In this document: piece after piece, positions 63,616 through 64,000 of the stretch | Layout: each line of letters begins with the position of its first letter | Numbering within the stretch: the first letter of the stretch is position 1 | NCBI RefSeq assembly: GCF_000002075.1 | Contig: NW_004797368.1 | Location: forward strand, 166,485 to 230,484 | DNA from: Aplysia californica | Taxonomy: Eukaryota | Direction: 5' to 3' | DNA: 64,000 nucleotides | Translations under genes and position numbers: made by a program | Notes under the pieces: model-generated | The model's database searches: none | Told to the model about the DNA's origin: nothing | Seen by the model: the letters and a program-made list of their open reading frames with translations, nothing else

Positions 63616-63663
63616 CTCCACAGAAGCTTCAGACCAAGCTTCTTTTTCTTTTAACGACGGAAT
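63616..63663 (-). CDS. uCC regulatory uORF, part 1: AUU-initiated (I/M)PSLKEKEAWSEASVE
   Basis: Minus strand reads CGCAAAA ATT CCG TCG TTA AAA GAA AAA GAA GCT TGG TCT GAA GCT TCT GTG GAG|gtaagt; exactly 16 codons, phase 0, consensus donor. Confidence 0.85.
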
Positions 63664-64000
63664 TTTTGCGGCTTTACGGCCTAGTCAGAAGGAAAAACTT
63701 GACATAAGGGCCATGGGTGTTCTCTGGTTTACTTCACACGCTGGGTACGGCCACCATATGATTAGAAAGGACTGAGGATTGCCAGGTTCATGGCAACTTT
63801 ATCAATAAAATAATTTGACATTGCCAAATAAGCAAAATCAAAAATAAACTGTAGGTATCAATCTACTTGCAAGTTTACTCTCTTTTATGACCATTGACTG
63901 CTTTCATTATTCATGGTTTTTTATGTCTGAGGCAACAACTGTGCATTACAATTAGTGTGAAATGTATTACATTAGTGACGATAGGTTTACATATAGTGTG

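Overview
Eukaryotic (invertebrate animal, plausibly a mollusc; taxon not determinable from the sequence) draft-assembly window with N gaps. It holds two convergent intron-rich genes. On the + strand is the 3' part of EFR3 (PI4KIIIalpha plasma-membrane anchor), 16 coding exons, 1256-28932. On the - strand is a complete ornithine decarboxylase gene, 10 coding exons, 56737->40035, 475 aa, with catalytic motifs intact. The key hidden feature, absent from the ORF track, is in the spliced ODC 5' leader: a 49-codon uORF with a non-AUG start (AUU, context CAAAA-ATT-CCG). It is split by a ~6 kb intron (63663-63616 + 57653-57552) and ends in ...FNFNAEPPWDPS-stop. This is the uCC polyamine-sensing ribosome-stalling element known from vertebrate AZIN1 and invertebrate ODC homologues. 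Introns and the intergenic region are filled with a tRNA-derived CORE-like SINE, several short retroposon families sharing one hairpin 3' tail, nested MITEs (TA, TTAA and 6-bp TSDs), a perfect 46-bp hairpin, and mini- and microsatellites. Exon boundaries were read by hand from GT/AG sites and phase continuity; repeat boundaries are approximate unless a TSD is quoted.
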